A stretch of DNA of 64,000 nucleotides from Candidatus Aenigmatarchaeota archaeon (GTDB lineage: Archaea; Aenigmatarchaeota; Aenigmatarchaeia; CG10238-14; SpSt-28): the NCBI GenBank assembly GCA_039000985.1, contig JAWBMD010000002.1, positions 38,369-102,368 on the forward strand. The letters run 5' to 3'. The notes under the pieces are model-generated. The model was not told where the DNA came from. It did no database searches and worked only from the letters and a program-made list of their open reading frames with translations. A program made the position numbers and the translations under genes. This document shows, one piece after another, positions 10,293-19,570 of the stretch (position 1 is its first letter; every line of letters starts with the position of its first letter).

Positions 10293-11006
10293 ATGGGGAA
10301 AAGAATAATAGCAAGGGCAAGAGGTCATGGAAGCTTCACATATAGAGCACCTTCTCATAGATATTTATGCAAAATTAGTTTTTTGCCATTTATAGAAAAT
10401 TTAAGTATTAAAGGTAAGGTTGTTGATATATTGGATGATGTTGGTAAGTCAGCTCCAGTTGCTTTAATAAAACTTGAAAATGGGCAAGAAATTTATCATA
10501 TAGCTGTGGAAGGTCTCTATGTTGGGCAAGAAATTAAATATGATGGTGAAGTAAATATAGGTAATGTTGTTCAATTAAAAAATATTCCTTTAGGAACTAA
10601 AGTTTGTTGTATAGAAAGTTATCCAGGTTCTGGACCAAAATTTTGTAGAAGTGCTGGTACTGCTGCAATAGTTGTTGGTCAATCTCCAAGCAAAACAATT
10701 TTACAATTCCCATCTAATAAAACAATAGAGCTTGATAATAGATGTAGATGTATAATTGGTGTGCCAGCTGGTTCTGGAATTAAAGAAAAGCCATGGTTAA
10801 AAGCTGGTGATAAATATAGAGCAATGAAAGCAAGAAACAAGCTATTTCCAAGAACTAAAGGTGTTGTGATGAATGCTGTTGATCATCCTTGGGGAGGGAA
10901 AAGCCATAGACCAAGACCTTCAAGAGCTGTTTCAAGACATGCTCCACCAGGTGCTAAGGTTGGTTCAATCTCACCAAAAAGATTGGGAAAAAAGAAAAAA
11001 GGTTAA
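10293..11006 (+). CDS. rpl2: 50S ribosomal protein uL2
   Basis: MGKRIIARARGHGS start and GVVMNAVDHPWGG. Confidence 0.95.
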   Translation: MGKRIIARARGHGSFTYRAPSHRYLCKISFLPFIENLSIKGKVVDILDDVGKSAPVALIKLENGQEIYHIAVEGLYVGQEIKYDGEVNIGNVVQLKNIPLGTKVCCIESYPGSGPKFCRSAGTAAIVVGQSPSKTILQFPSNKTIELDNRCRCIIGVPAGSGIKEKPWLKAGDKYRAMKARNKLFPRTKGVVMNAVDHPWGGKSHRPRPSRAVSRHAPPGAKVGSISPKRLGKKKKG

Positions 11007-11278
11007 CCTATATAAGTAGTGCTACTTGTTTTTTCCTCAAGCTTATTCAATTGTTCACTTAATATAGCTAGCAAGCTTTTTGCTGTTAGCTTTGAAATAG
11101 TTATATCAGCAATAACTCTTTTACCTTCTATTGTAAAAAATTTTAGATTTACATAAGCCTCTTTTTCATCCTTACTAGTTTTTACTCTAATTGAAACAAC
11201 TACTTCATCTGCAAACAAAGGTTTTATATCAGATGGAATATTTAGCTGTATTTCTTTCTCCATTTTATATATACCCAA
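11003..11278 (-). CDS. Small hypothetical protein
   Basis: ORF overlaps the upstream Zn-ribbon gene in an operon-like arrangement. Start may be 11263. Confidence 0.6.
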   Translation of the reverse strand: MGIYKMEKEIQLNIPSDIKPLFADEVVVSIRVKTSKDEKEAYVNLKFFTIEGKRVIADITISKLTAKSLLAILSEQLNKLEEKTSSTTYIG

Positions 11279-11492
11279 TTTCTTTATATTTTTTAGTTAT
11301 TTCTTCTCTACTTTTATTGCAGTTTGAGCATCTTTCACTTAAAACAAGAGTTTCTCCCTTTGATTTTAATATTTGAGTTTTTTTACCACTTCTCATACCA
11401 GTTCTTTTCACAACAGTAACAGTTGGTCTAATAACTACTTTTATTGTTTCTGCATTACAAAATGGGCATTCCCAAACTAGCTTTCTTATCAT
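11265..11492 (-). CDS. Small Zn-ribbon protein
   Basis: CPFC ... CSNC. Confidence 0.7.
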   Translation of the reverse strand: MIRKLVWECPFCNAETIKVVIRPTVTVVKRTGMRSGKKTQILKSKGETLVLSERCSNCNKSREEITKKYKEIGYI

Positions 11493-11525
11493 AATTTATT
11501 ATCCATACAAAAATATTTAATTATT

Positions 11526-12212
11526 ATGTTCGCTATAGAAGCAAAAGATTTAACAAAGAAATTTGGTAATATAATAGCCGTTAATAATCTTTCTTTTAAA
11601 GTAAAGGAAGGAACATTTTATGGAATTGTTGGACCAAATGGGTCTGGAAAAACAACAACAGTAAGAATTTTAACAGGACAAATAAAGCCAGATAAAGGAA
11701 ATGCAAAAGTTTGCAATATTGATATAAAAAATTATTTGGAAGTTAGAAAAGTTACTGGAATTGTTCCAGAAGAAGAATATCCACCAAGTTTTTTAACTGT
11801 TGAAGAATATTTGGAATTTGTTTGTAAAATTAGAAATGTTGAAAACTTTAAAGAAAAAATAGATTTTTGGCTAAATTTTTTAAATTTTGAAAATTTTAGG
11901 AATTATTTAATAAAAGATTTATCTAGAGGTACAAAGCAAAAAGTAATGTTAACACAAGCATTTATTCACGAACCAAAAGTTGTTTTCATGGACGAACCAT
12001 TTATAAACATAGATCCAATAGTGCAAGAGAAATTTAAAAAATTTTTGAGAAATTATGTTAAAAATGGAAAAACAATAGTTTTTTGTACACATATTTTACC
12101 ATTGGCTAAAGAAATATGCAATGAAATTGGAATAATGAAAAATGGAAAAATAATAAAAACTGTTAAACCAAAAAATATAGAAAAGGAATTTTTCAAAATT
12201 TTTGGTAAATGA
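11526..12212 (+). CDS. ABC transporter ATP-binding protein
   Basis: GPNGSGKTT, LSRGTKQK, FMDEP. Confidence 0.9.
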   Translation: MFAIEAKDLTKKFGNIIAVNNLSFKVKEGTFYGIVGPNGSGKTTTVRILTGQIKPDKGNAKVCNIDIKNYLEVRKVTGIVPEEEYPPSFLTVEEYLEFVCKIRNVENFKEKIDFWLNFLNFENFRNYLIKDLSRGTKQKVMLTQAFIHEPKVVFMDEPFINIDPIVQEKFKKFLRNYVKNGKTIVFCTHILPLAKEICNEIGIMKNGKIIKTVKPKNIEKEFFKIFGK

Positions 12213-13432
12213 TATTTGAACTTTTCAAAATAATGATGAGGGAAGAAATAAGAATACATACAAAATTATTTCCATCAATTTTCTTTTATTCATTACCATT
12301 TTTTGTTTTTGCATTTTCATTTCTTTTATCAATTTTTGTTTTAAATGTTTATAGCTTGCTTCCAATTTTTATTTCAATTTTTTTAATAATTGGAATAGCA
12401 AGTGGTGGTTATACGATACATTTTAGAGAAGTATATTTAAGGAAATTCCCTCATTTGAATTTTTTGCTTTATACTTATTATTCATTTCCAATAAAAAATG
12501 AAAAAATAGTTTTTGCCTTGTTTTTAAAAGAGATAACATTTTTTACATTTTGGATATTTTTACCATTAACATTAGGACTTTTCAAGTTTGATTTATATTC
12601 TTTATTTGTTTCTTTTTCTTTTTATTTGCTGGGAAATTCATCATCTTTTTTACTTTCCAATTTTTATAATAGAAAAATAATTTTGATTCCATTAATAATT
12701 TTGTTTGCTACTTTTTTCACTTACTTTTTTAATTTTTTGTTTTCTTATCCAATAATTAACTTGCTAACTTCTTTTTCACTTTTGCTCATTTCAATTAAAA
12801 CTTTGGATATAGAATATAAAGCAAGAAGCTTGACTCACAAAAATTATTTTAGCAAAATATACAAGCTTATTAAAAATCCTTTGCTTGTTAAAGATTTAAT
12901 TGATTTTAAAAGAAGCTATGGTTTTGCTAGAGCAATTTTTTCTATAATAATTCCTTTATTTTTAGCTTACTTTTTATTTCAAGTAATGGTTTCAATAGGA
13001 ATTAAAGTAGATTTTGAAAAATTTTTCTCAATGATGATTGGTTTTGTTTCAATAACTTTTTATGATGTTCTAACAGAATTTGACAGATGGGTTTTTTATT
13101 CAATTTTTCCTTTAAGAAAGAACAATGTAATAAAATCGAAAGCAGGCATTTCAATAATTTTCTCAACTTTGGTAATTTTCTTGTTTTCTATTTTAGGTTT
13201 TGCAAATTTTTTAATATCTTTTATAAGCATGCTTTATTTGCTTTCAATAATAATTTTTTTAGTTGGTTTGGATACAATGCTTTTGTTTGATATAAGGAGA
13301 ATTCTTTTATTTTCAGTTTTGTTTGTTCCATTCTTTTTATTTGTTTTATTTTTTTATAAAGCTTTATATACTTTTTTATTTTTGATTATTTCAGTTTTTT
13401 TACTATTTTTAGGATTTAAAAAGTTTGACTAA
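12209..13432 (+). CDS. Putative ABC transporter permease
   Basis: Multi-TM ORF overlapping the ATPase stop (ATGA). Confidence 0.75.
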   Translation: MIFELFKIMMREEIRIHTKLFPSIFFYSLPFFVFAFSFLLSIFVLNVYSLLPIFISIFLIIGIASGGYTIHFREVYLRKFPHLNFLLYTYYSFPIKNEKIVFALFLKEITFFTFWIFLPLTLGLFKFDLYSLFVSFSFYLLGNSSSFLLSNFYNRKIILIPLIILFATFFTYFFNFLFSYPIINLLTSFSLLLISIKTLDIEYKARSLTHKNYFSKIYKLIKNPLLVKDLIDFKRSYGFARAIFSIIIPLFLAYFLFQVMVSIGIKVDFEKFFSMMIGFVSITFYDVLTEFDRWVFYSIFPLRKNNVIKSKAGISIIFSTLVIFLFSILGFANFLISFISMLYLLSIIIFLVGLDTMLLFDIRRILLFSVLFVPFFLFVLFFYKALYTFLFLIISVFLLFLGFKKFD

Positions 13433-13441
13433 CAATATTTT

Positions 13442-13861
13442 ATGTTAGAACTTGAAGAAATAATAAAAGTCTTAGTAAGCTTAGTTTTAGCTTCCTTAAT
13501 AGGAGTTGAAAGAGAAATGAGAAAAAAGCCAGCTGGTTTGAGAACTCATATATTAATAGCTGTTACTGCAACTCTTTACACCATAGTTTCAATTAAGTAT
13601 TTCCCACAAGATAATGCGAGGATTATTTCAAATATTTTAACAGGAATGGGTTTTATAGGAGCTGGTACAATTATTTCATCAAAAATTAAAGTTGTTGGTA
13701 TTACAACAGCATCTACTCTTTGGTTCATAGCTAGTATTGGAGTTCTTGTTGGAGTAGGTTATTATTTATTAGCTTTATTTTCTGCTTTAATTGTTTTAAT
13801 TATATTAATTGCTTTAAGAGATATAGAGAAAAATATGATTGGTAGTAAACCTAAAAAATAG
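13442..13861 (+). CDS. MgtC/SapB family membrane protein
   Basis: GVERE..KPAGLRTH, GMGFIGAG, GITTAS. Confidence 0.9.
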   Translation: MLELEEIIKVLVSLVLASLIGVEREMRKKPAGLRTHILIAVTATLYTIVSIKYFPQDNARIISNILTGMGFIGAGTIISSKIKVVGITTASTLWFIASIGVLVGVGYYLLALFSALIVLIILIALRDIEKNMIGSKPKK

Positions 13862-14813
13862 AACTTTTAATTCTTTCAATAAATTTTTCATAATCTGATT
13901 CATTGTAAAAAGTAATAGCAGCTGCTTTTGGATGCCCACCATATTTTGCTTCAATTCCCTTTAAAACTTTATTTAAAAAGCTATTCAAATTAATAATATT
14001 GCTTCTCAGTGAAACTTTTATTTTATTTTCATGCTTTTGAGAAATTATAATTGTTTTATTTTTTATTTTCCTTGAAATAATTGTTGCTAAAGTTGATGTA
14101 AATCTGTATTTTGAAAAAATTTGATATAAAACAAAATCCCCAAAAACTTCTTTGTTTTTTCTAAAATCTTTTATTAGCTTATCCAACTCTTTTTTGTACA
14201 AACTGTAAAAATAATTATATTCTTTAATTATTGAATCCATTGACCTATTTTTGACAATAAAATCTACAAGCTTTTCACATTCTTTTTTACCACTAATTAC
14301 TTTAACGGAATCTATGATTAATGCAACTTTTCCTATTTTTGTTTTTTTCCAATTTTTTTCATTTATTTTAAAAGGTTTGAGTAAATCAAAACCCATATCA
14401 CCAATAGTACCAGCTAAACTAATCCATTCATATTTTTTATCAACAAGTGATTTAACCATATATGAGCAAGGTATGTATGCATTTGGGCTTTTTAATCTAG
14501 GATTTATGTATACTATATCTTCTGGATATTCTTTAACTGGATGATGATCTATTATCATACAACTATCAAACATTTCCAAAAAATCTTCCTTTACATCTCC
14601 AATATCTAAAAATATTACATTTCTATATTTTTTCGAAAGTCTTTCTATTCTTTCAGTATCATTTTCCAATCTAGATGCAATATTTTTAAATTTTTTTCTA
14701 TTTTCAGAAAGTGCTATTGATATTAAAGAAGCTGAGCAAATGCCATCAACATCGAAATCATGAACAACCAAAAAATTATCTTTATTTTTTATGAATTCAT
14801 AAAAAATTTTCAT
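13851..14813 (-). CDS. DHH/DHHA1 family phosphoesterase (RecJ-like)
   Basis: HDFDVDG, FLD, IIDHH, GGHPKAAA. Confidence 0.9.
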   Translation of the reverse strand: MKIFYEFIKNKDNFLVVHDFDVDGICSASLISIALSENRKKFKNIASRLENDTERIERLSKKYRNVIFLDIGDVKEDFLEMFDSCMIIDHHPVKEYPEDIVYINPRLKSPNAYIPCSYMVKSLVDKKYEWISLAGTIGDMGFDLLKPFKINEKNWKKTKIGKVALIIDSVKVISGKKECEKLVDFIVKNRSMDSIIKEYNYFYSLYKKELDKLIKDFRKNKEVFGDFVLYQIFSKYRFTSTLATIISRKIKNKTIIISQKHENKIKVSLRSNIINLNSFLNKVLKGIEAKYGGHPKAAAITFYNESDYEKFIERIKSSIF

Positions 14814-15433
14814 TGCTTTTCCTCTTTTAGTTTTTTAAGTGTTTCTTCATCAAGCAATAATAATGGTAATTCTTGTTTTGGTTGTGTTGATAAAAGATAG
14901 TAATATTCTAAAACTGCCATAATAGAATCTGCATAGTGTAAAATCAAAGCTTCGAAAGTTTTTGGTTGAACTGTACCATGATTTCCAGCATGTGCAGCAA
15001 CAGCATGAATTACCTCCTCTGGAAAATTTCTAAAATAAAGCTCTGAAGTAATTAATGCTGTATGATCTAAAGGAATGTTACTTGGTTCAAAACCAGTTTC
15101 ACTTTTTTTATATTCATAAATTTTCATTAAATCATGAATAAGTGCAGATGCTATTAAAACATCTTTATTAACTAATAAACCAAAATTTTTTTCCATTATT
15201 CTTGCTAACTCTATGCAAAGTTCTGTAACACTTATTGTATGCTTTAAAACATCTCTTTCAACAGCAACATTTCCACCTACTGAAAACAAAGTTTTGACCT
15301 CCTCTATATTTGATTTTTCGTATTTTTGAAAGTCTGGATGATGTAATGAAGGATCTTTTATTAATTCTATAACTTTTTTTCTAAGCTTTTCATCTTCTAT
15401 TTTTTTGGCAAGCTCCAAAAGTTTGTCAATCAT
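14810..15433 (-). CDS. HD-domain phosphohydrolase
   Basis: KHTISV, LIHDLMK, HAVAAH, LHYADS. Confidence 0.85.
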   Translation of the reverse strand: MIDKLLELAKKIEDEKLRKKVIELIKDPSLHHPDFQKYEKSNIEEVKTLFSVGGNVAVERDVLKHTISVTELCIELARIMEKNFGLLVNKDVLIASALIHDLMKIYEYKKSETGFEPSNIPLDHTALITSELYFRNFPEEVIHAVAAHAGNHGTVQPKTFEALILHYADSIMAVLEYYYLLSTQPKQELPLLLLDEETLKKLKEEKQ

Positions 15434-15465
15434 AATATTTAATTAAGTAATAAAATTAATTTAAA

Positions 15466-15537
15466 GCCTCCGTAGCTCAGCGGTAGAGCGACCGGCTGTT
15501 AACCGGCAGGTCGTGGGTTCAAGTCCCACCGGAGGCG
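15466..15537 (+). tRNA. tRNA-Asn(GTT)
   Basis: GCCTCCG/CGGAGGC acceptor stem, CCGG-CT-GTT-AA-CCGG anticodon arm, GTTCAAGT T-loop. Confidence 0.95.
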
Positions 15538-15545
15538 AGTAGAAG

Positions 15546-16370
15546 TTACTTTTTCTTTCTTGATATAGCAACTGTTAAATCCTCTATTTTGTAAATAGAT
15601 CCTGGCTCTGTTGAAAATTCTAACCTATTTTTTCCTTTAAGCAATTTACCAACGAAATCTATTGTTATGTTAACATATGATGGAGGAATTGTATCATAAA
15701 TTTTTCCTCCGTTTAATCTAATATTTAACTTTCCTATCTTTTTCGATTCCTCGCTTACTCTAAATGAAATGAAAAGATTTTCAAACTTCTTAAAGTCTTC
15801 TTCATCCATATAAAATGAGAAATCCTTAAAAGATTGGCCAGCATAGTTTATATAAATTTTGAAAGATAGTTCATAAAATGCTGACTGCCAAAACTTCCAT
15901 GTTGGTATTTTTTCCATAGTTATTTCGATTTTATTTTTTTCAGATAGCAAGCTTTTTGGTATTTCTAATAAATATGTACCTACATCAAAAACTTCATTAG
16001 CTACTTCATTACCATTTAATTTTATTATTAACTTTCCTAATTTATTTGTTGAAGAAATTGTTATTTCTATGTTAGCATTTTTAGTCATTCCAAGCTTATC
16101 TGAGCTTATTTCAAAACTAAAACCTGCAAAATTTTCTGAAAAAACTCCTTTTTCAACTTTTATGTTTTCTCTTTTTATTACAGTTTCTGTTCCTATTTGG
16201 TATGAAATCTCAAAATCTCCAAAATTAAAAAACTTTATATTTTCTGCTATTGTTGCATTAGTTACATTAGTTTGATTCCCTTGATATTGATATACTATTA
16301 TTATGCTCATTAAAACAAGACCTGCCATTAATATGAATACAAACTCATCTATTGGTTTTCTTTCAGCCAT
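15546..16370 (-). CDS. Membrane-anchored hypothetical protein
   Basis: Likely start MAERKPIDEF at 16370, followed by one N-terminal TM segment and a beta-rich ectodomain. Confidence 0.7.
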   Translation of the reverse strand: MAERKPIDEFVFILMAGLVLMSIIIVYQYQGNQTNVTNATIAENIKFFNFGDFEISYQIGTETVIKRENIKVEKGVFSENFAGFSFEISSDKLGMTKNANIEITISSTNKLGKLIIKLNGNEVANEVFDVGTYLLEIPKSLLSEKNKIEITMEKIPTWKFWQSAFYELSFKIYINYAGQSFKDFSFYMDEEDFKKFENLFISFRVSEESKKIGKLNIRLNGGKIYDTIPPSYVNITIDFVGKLLKGKNRLEFSTEPGSIYKIEDLTVAISRKKK

Positions 16371-16402
16371 AATTAAGTTTTTGATTGAAAATATAAATAT
16401 TT

Positions 16403-16924
16403 GTGGAAGTTTATGTTTTAAGGCTTTTTCATAGGATAGAAAGGGATAAAAGAGTAACAACACATTGTGCATTAGTTTCGAGAGCTTTTTTGGCTAAGGA
16501 AATGTATTATTGCGGAGATAAAGATGAAAAAATGGAGAAAAGCATAGAAAAGGTTAATAAAAACTTTGGCAGCAATTTTAAAGTTACTTATGTAAAAAGT
16601 TGGAAGGATTTAATAAAAACATTTGATGGATTAAAAGTTCATTTAACAATGTATGGAATTCCTTTAACAGAAAAAATTGATTTTATAAAATCTTTTAACA
16701 AAATATTAGTTGTGATTGGTTCAGAAAAAGTTCCAAAAGAGGTTTATGAAATTGTTGATTTAAATATTTCAATAACGAATCAACCACATTCTGAAGTAGC
16801 TGCTATAGCCATATTTTTGGATAGAATTTTTGAAGGAAAAGAATTTTATTCTGATTTTAAAAATGGTAAGCTTAGAATAGTTCCTAGTGAAAGAGGTAAA
16901 ATTTTGGAAAAATGGAGTGGTTAA
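16403..16924 (+). CDS. trm56: tRNA (cytidine(56)-2'-O)-methyltransferase (SPOUT)
   Basis: LRL.HR.ERDKRVTTH, VHLTMYG, GSEKVP, NQPHSEVAA. Confidence 0.92.
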   Translation: MEVYVLRLFHRIERDKRVTTHCALVSRAFLAKEMYYCGDKDEKMEKSIEKVNKNFGSNFKVTYVKSWKDLIKTFDGLKVHLTMYGIPLTEKIDFIKSFNKILVVIGSEKVPKEVYEIVDLNISITNQPHSEVAAIAIFLDRIFEGKEFYSDFKNGKLRIVPSERGKILEKWSG

Positions 16925-17307
16925 TACCTTTATCAGTTATTTTTTCTTTTATTTCTGTTGTACTAACAGTTGCAATAGCTATGAGAATTGCAAAGTTAAA
17001 GTTTTTATACATAGGTTTTTTAATAGCATCTCTTTTCTCATTTTTGACTTATTTTCTTTTTAATTTAATGATTTTTATAGTTTTGGGGGAATTACTTTTA
17101 GTGGTTAATTTATCTATTGTTTTGTACGATAGTGGAACAAGTTATTTTTTCTACGAAAGAAAATATAAGGAAATTAAGTCTATGATAGAAGTTTTGAAGG
17201 AAATGTTACTAAGAAGAGAAATTACAGAGGAAGAATTTTCTAAATTAAAAACAGAATTTGTTAAGGAAATTGTTAAAATTGAAGCAAAACTTAAAGAGAT
17301 ATCATAG
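16912..17307 (+). CDS. Membrane protein with SHOCT-like C-terminus
   Basis: Hydrophobic N-terminal segments, then REITEEEFSKLK. Confidence 0.6.
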   Translation: MEWLIPLSVIFSFISVVLTVAIAMRIAKLKFLYIGFLIASLFSFLTYFLFNLMIFIVLGELLLVVNLSIVLYDSGTSYFFYERKYKEIKSMIEVLKEMLLRREITEEEFSKLKTEFVKEIVKIEAKLKEIS

Positions 17308-17645
17308 GGTTACTTGTTTTTAAGAAGCCTAGCAGTTGAGCTATTGGGAGTGGTAGGCTGAGTGCGTCGGTCGAAACCTTCGCACGTACACCACCACCCC
17401 ATCAACGCAATCGTCTATTGCCGCTCTTCATTCTTTATGGTGTTGCCACCATAAAGAAATGGTAGCCTATTTTCCCGGGCGGCTTCGTCCTTAGATGCCT
17501 TCAGGACTTATCCACTAGCACGTGGCTACCCGGCATGCAATTAACAGCCGGTACACCAGAGGTGCCGCACACCCGTTCCTTTCGTACTTGAGTGTGCTTC
17601 CGGTCAGGCTACCTGCACCCCCTGTAGATAGTGACCGAACTGTCT

Positions 17646-17715
17646 TTGTCGCCATATGAAACGACCAGCGCGATCACTTACTCATTATTTTCGTAAGTGG
17701 TGCGTTTCATATAGT
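17646..17715 (-). other. 23S BHB intron 8 (70 nt), after about G2597 (E. coli equivalent)
   Basis: Central helix GUCG/CGAC, bulges UG^A and AA^A. Removal restores GUCGUG-AGACAG. Confidence 0.9.
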
Positions 17716-17835
17716 CACGACGTTCTGAACCCAGCTAGCGTCGCCTTTTAATCAGTGGGCACCTGCACCCTTGGCCGCTGCTGCACGGCCAGGAGAGGCG
17801 GAGCCGACAACGACGCACCAACGCGCCGGGTCGAT

Positions 17836-17877
17836 TTATCCCATCACTATTGGGATTGTAGACCCCAGTAGAGATGT
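17836..17877 (-). other. 23S BHB intron 7 (42 nt), H89 loop region (about 2477)
   Basis: Helix GUCC/GGAU, bulges AC^A and AA^A. Removal restores GUCCAC-AUCGAC. Confidence 0.85.
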
Positions 17878-17885
17878 GTGGACTT

Positions 17886-18479
17886 TCACCGGCCACGGGC
17901 CCATTTTTGGGGATTAGCAAGACATTTTAATTTATTTTCCAGTTTTTTTCTCTTCAGGGGATGTGAAAAACCTATTATTTGGTTAAATTTTTCTATATTT
18001 TCTCTTCCATTTATAGGAAGAACCTTCACTCCCCATTTAAGATTCCAAATCTTGCCGGTTTTAATACCCAAATCTAAAAGAAGATTTTGACAAAGTCTAA
18101 GTAATTCTTCATTTTTATTCGATAGTGTTATCCTGTTTTTATTTTTTATTACACTACCTTCTGCATCAAATATTCCCCTTAGAAATGCGATTTTGACTTT
18201 TTGGTTCTCTTGGAGTAGCCAGTTAGATTTACTTTTTAGTTCTTGTAATTTTTGGAAAATCTCTTTTGAGTATATTCGAAGTCTGAATATACCATTTTTA
18301 TCTTTTCTCTTTTTTATTTTAGGTTCTATTTGAAATGAATTTTTAAAAGCTTTTGCTAGAATTTCTATCCACTCTTTGTTTTTTTGTTCAACTTCTATTA
18401 AGAACTCTCCAATTTCTGGTCTACTGTAGAAGTTTCCATCTTCTAATGCACCAAGAATGAATGCTATGTCTTCTAGCAT
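17886..18479 (-). CDS. Double-motif LAGLIDADG homing endonuclease
   Basis: ATG at 18479. Motifs IAFILGALEDGNF and IAFLRGIFDAEGSV. No stop inside the linear intron. Confidence 0.9.
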   Translation of the reverse strand: MLEDIAFILGALEDGNFYSRPEIGEFLIEVEQKNKEWIEILAKAFKNSFQIEPKIKKRKDKNGIFRLRIYSKEIFQKLQELKSKSNWLLQENQKVKIAFLRGIFDAEGSVIKNKNRITLSNKNEELLRLCQNLLLDLGIKTGKIWNLKWGVKVLPINGRENIEKFNQIIGFSHPLKRKKLENKLKCLANPQKWARGR

Positions 18480-18521
18480 AAATCTGTTTTTGTTTTTGTT
18501 ATATTTAAGCCTTGCTAATCT
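17906..18521 (-). mobile_element. 23S BHB intron 6 (616 nt) with homing endonuclease gene, after about U2449
   Basis: Terminal stem GAUUAGCAAG/CUUGCUAAUC and an AT-rich interior. Removal restores GGGGAU-AAUGGG. Confidence 0.9.
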
Positions 18522-18664
18522 ATCCCCGAGGTAGCTTTTCCGATACCTGTAACCCCTATCGATAGGAGTTACAGTATCGCTAGCACACGCTTTCGCGGCT
18601 GGTTCCCTTGTGTTCGGGAACCAGTCAGCCCAGCTTTTGCGCTTACACTTTACCCCTGATTTCT

Positions 18665-18751
18665 TTCTGGTATTCAAAGGCTTTTTTCATAAGCTACCTC
18701 TTCTTTCATTAATCAATCTGGGGCAAAGTATTCATAAAAGCCTTTGAATAT
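18665..18751 (-). other. 23S BHB intron 5 (87 nt), H84 loop (about 2306)
   Basis: Helix CUGG/CCAG, bulges UC^A and AA^A, stem UAUUCAAAGGC/GCCUUUGAAUA. Confidence 0.9.
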
Positions 18752-19248
18752 GACCAGGGTAAGCTGAGCTTCGTGCTCCCCCGATATCTTTTCGAGGGAG
18801 TGCCGCCCCAGCCGAACTGCCCACCTAGTGCTGTCTCCTAACGGATAAGCCACATGAGTTCCGCTAGCTGGTGTTACACTTTCCTCTCGGCTTTGGCCGA
18901 AACCTACACCTAATAGCGAGTCCCAGCTACTCTATGTAGCAGAACTCATATGGCAACACCAGGCTGCAGTAAAGCTCTACGGGGTCTACATTTCCCACAG
19001 GGGGTCTCCAGTCTATTCACTGGAAAGACATTTTCACCGGGTTCATCCCAGGGACAGTGTCCAAGTCGTTAAGCCATTCAAGCGGGTCGCCAATTAAGCG
19101 ACAAGGGATTACGCTACTTTACGACGGTCAGAGTTACCGCCGCCGTTTGCGAGGGCTTAGCCAGGTTGAAACCTGGTTTCACACACTCGCACTGGGCAGG
19201 CTTCAGAGACCGTACAAATCCTTTTCGAAGTAGCGGTCTCCTGCGTTT

Positions 19249-19319
19249 TTTAACCAAAAAGAGGAGAAAATAATTCAACAATCCAAGTAAGTAAACTTTA
19301 ATACTTCTCCTCTTTTTGT
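19249..19319 (-). other. 23S BHB intron 4 (71 nt), about 1784
   Basis: Helix UAAC/GUUA, AAA bulges, stem CAAAAAGAGGAGAA/UUCUCCUCUUUUUG. Removal restores GUUUAACAAAAAC. Confidence 0.9.
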
Positions 19320-19440
19320 TTGTTAAACAGTCGCCTGGACCTTGTCACTGCGATCTGCAGTCCCACCCCAGTAGCTAGTTTTTCACTAACCACTGGTTAG
19401 AGACTGCAGACATCCCTTCTCCCTAAGTTACGGGACCAAT

Positions 19441-19570
19441 CTCGACTATTGTGAGGGTTTAAAAAAAATAAAAGTTAGTAGGCCGGGAATTATTTATAAA
19501 GTACTTAAACCTTTTCCTCCTTTTTTTCTTCTTTCTTCTTCTTCGGCATACTCCAATTCCCTCACAATAT
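19441..19570 (-). other. 23S BHB intron 3 (130 nt), about 1677
   Basis: Helix CGGC/GUCG, bulges AA^A and AG^A, stem UAUUGUGAGGG/CCCUCACAAUA. Removal restores CUCGGCAA-AUUGG. Confidence 0.9.

Noticed and set aside
17428..17461. Long hairpin near the 23S 3' end as a ninth intron
   Set aside because: No BHB can be drawn. It has a GCAA tetraloop and sits in the variable helix 98 region, so it is more likely an expansion segment.
18480..18677. N-terminal extension of ORF 17886..18677
   Set aside because: It runs through rRNA exon sequence. The plausible start is ATG 18479 inside the intron.
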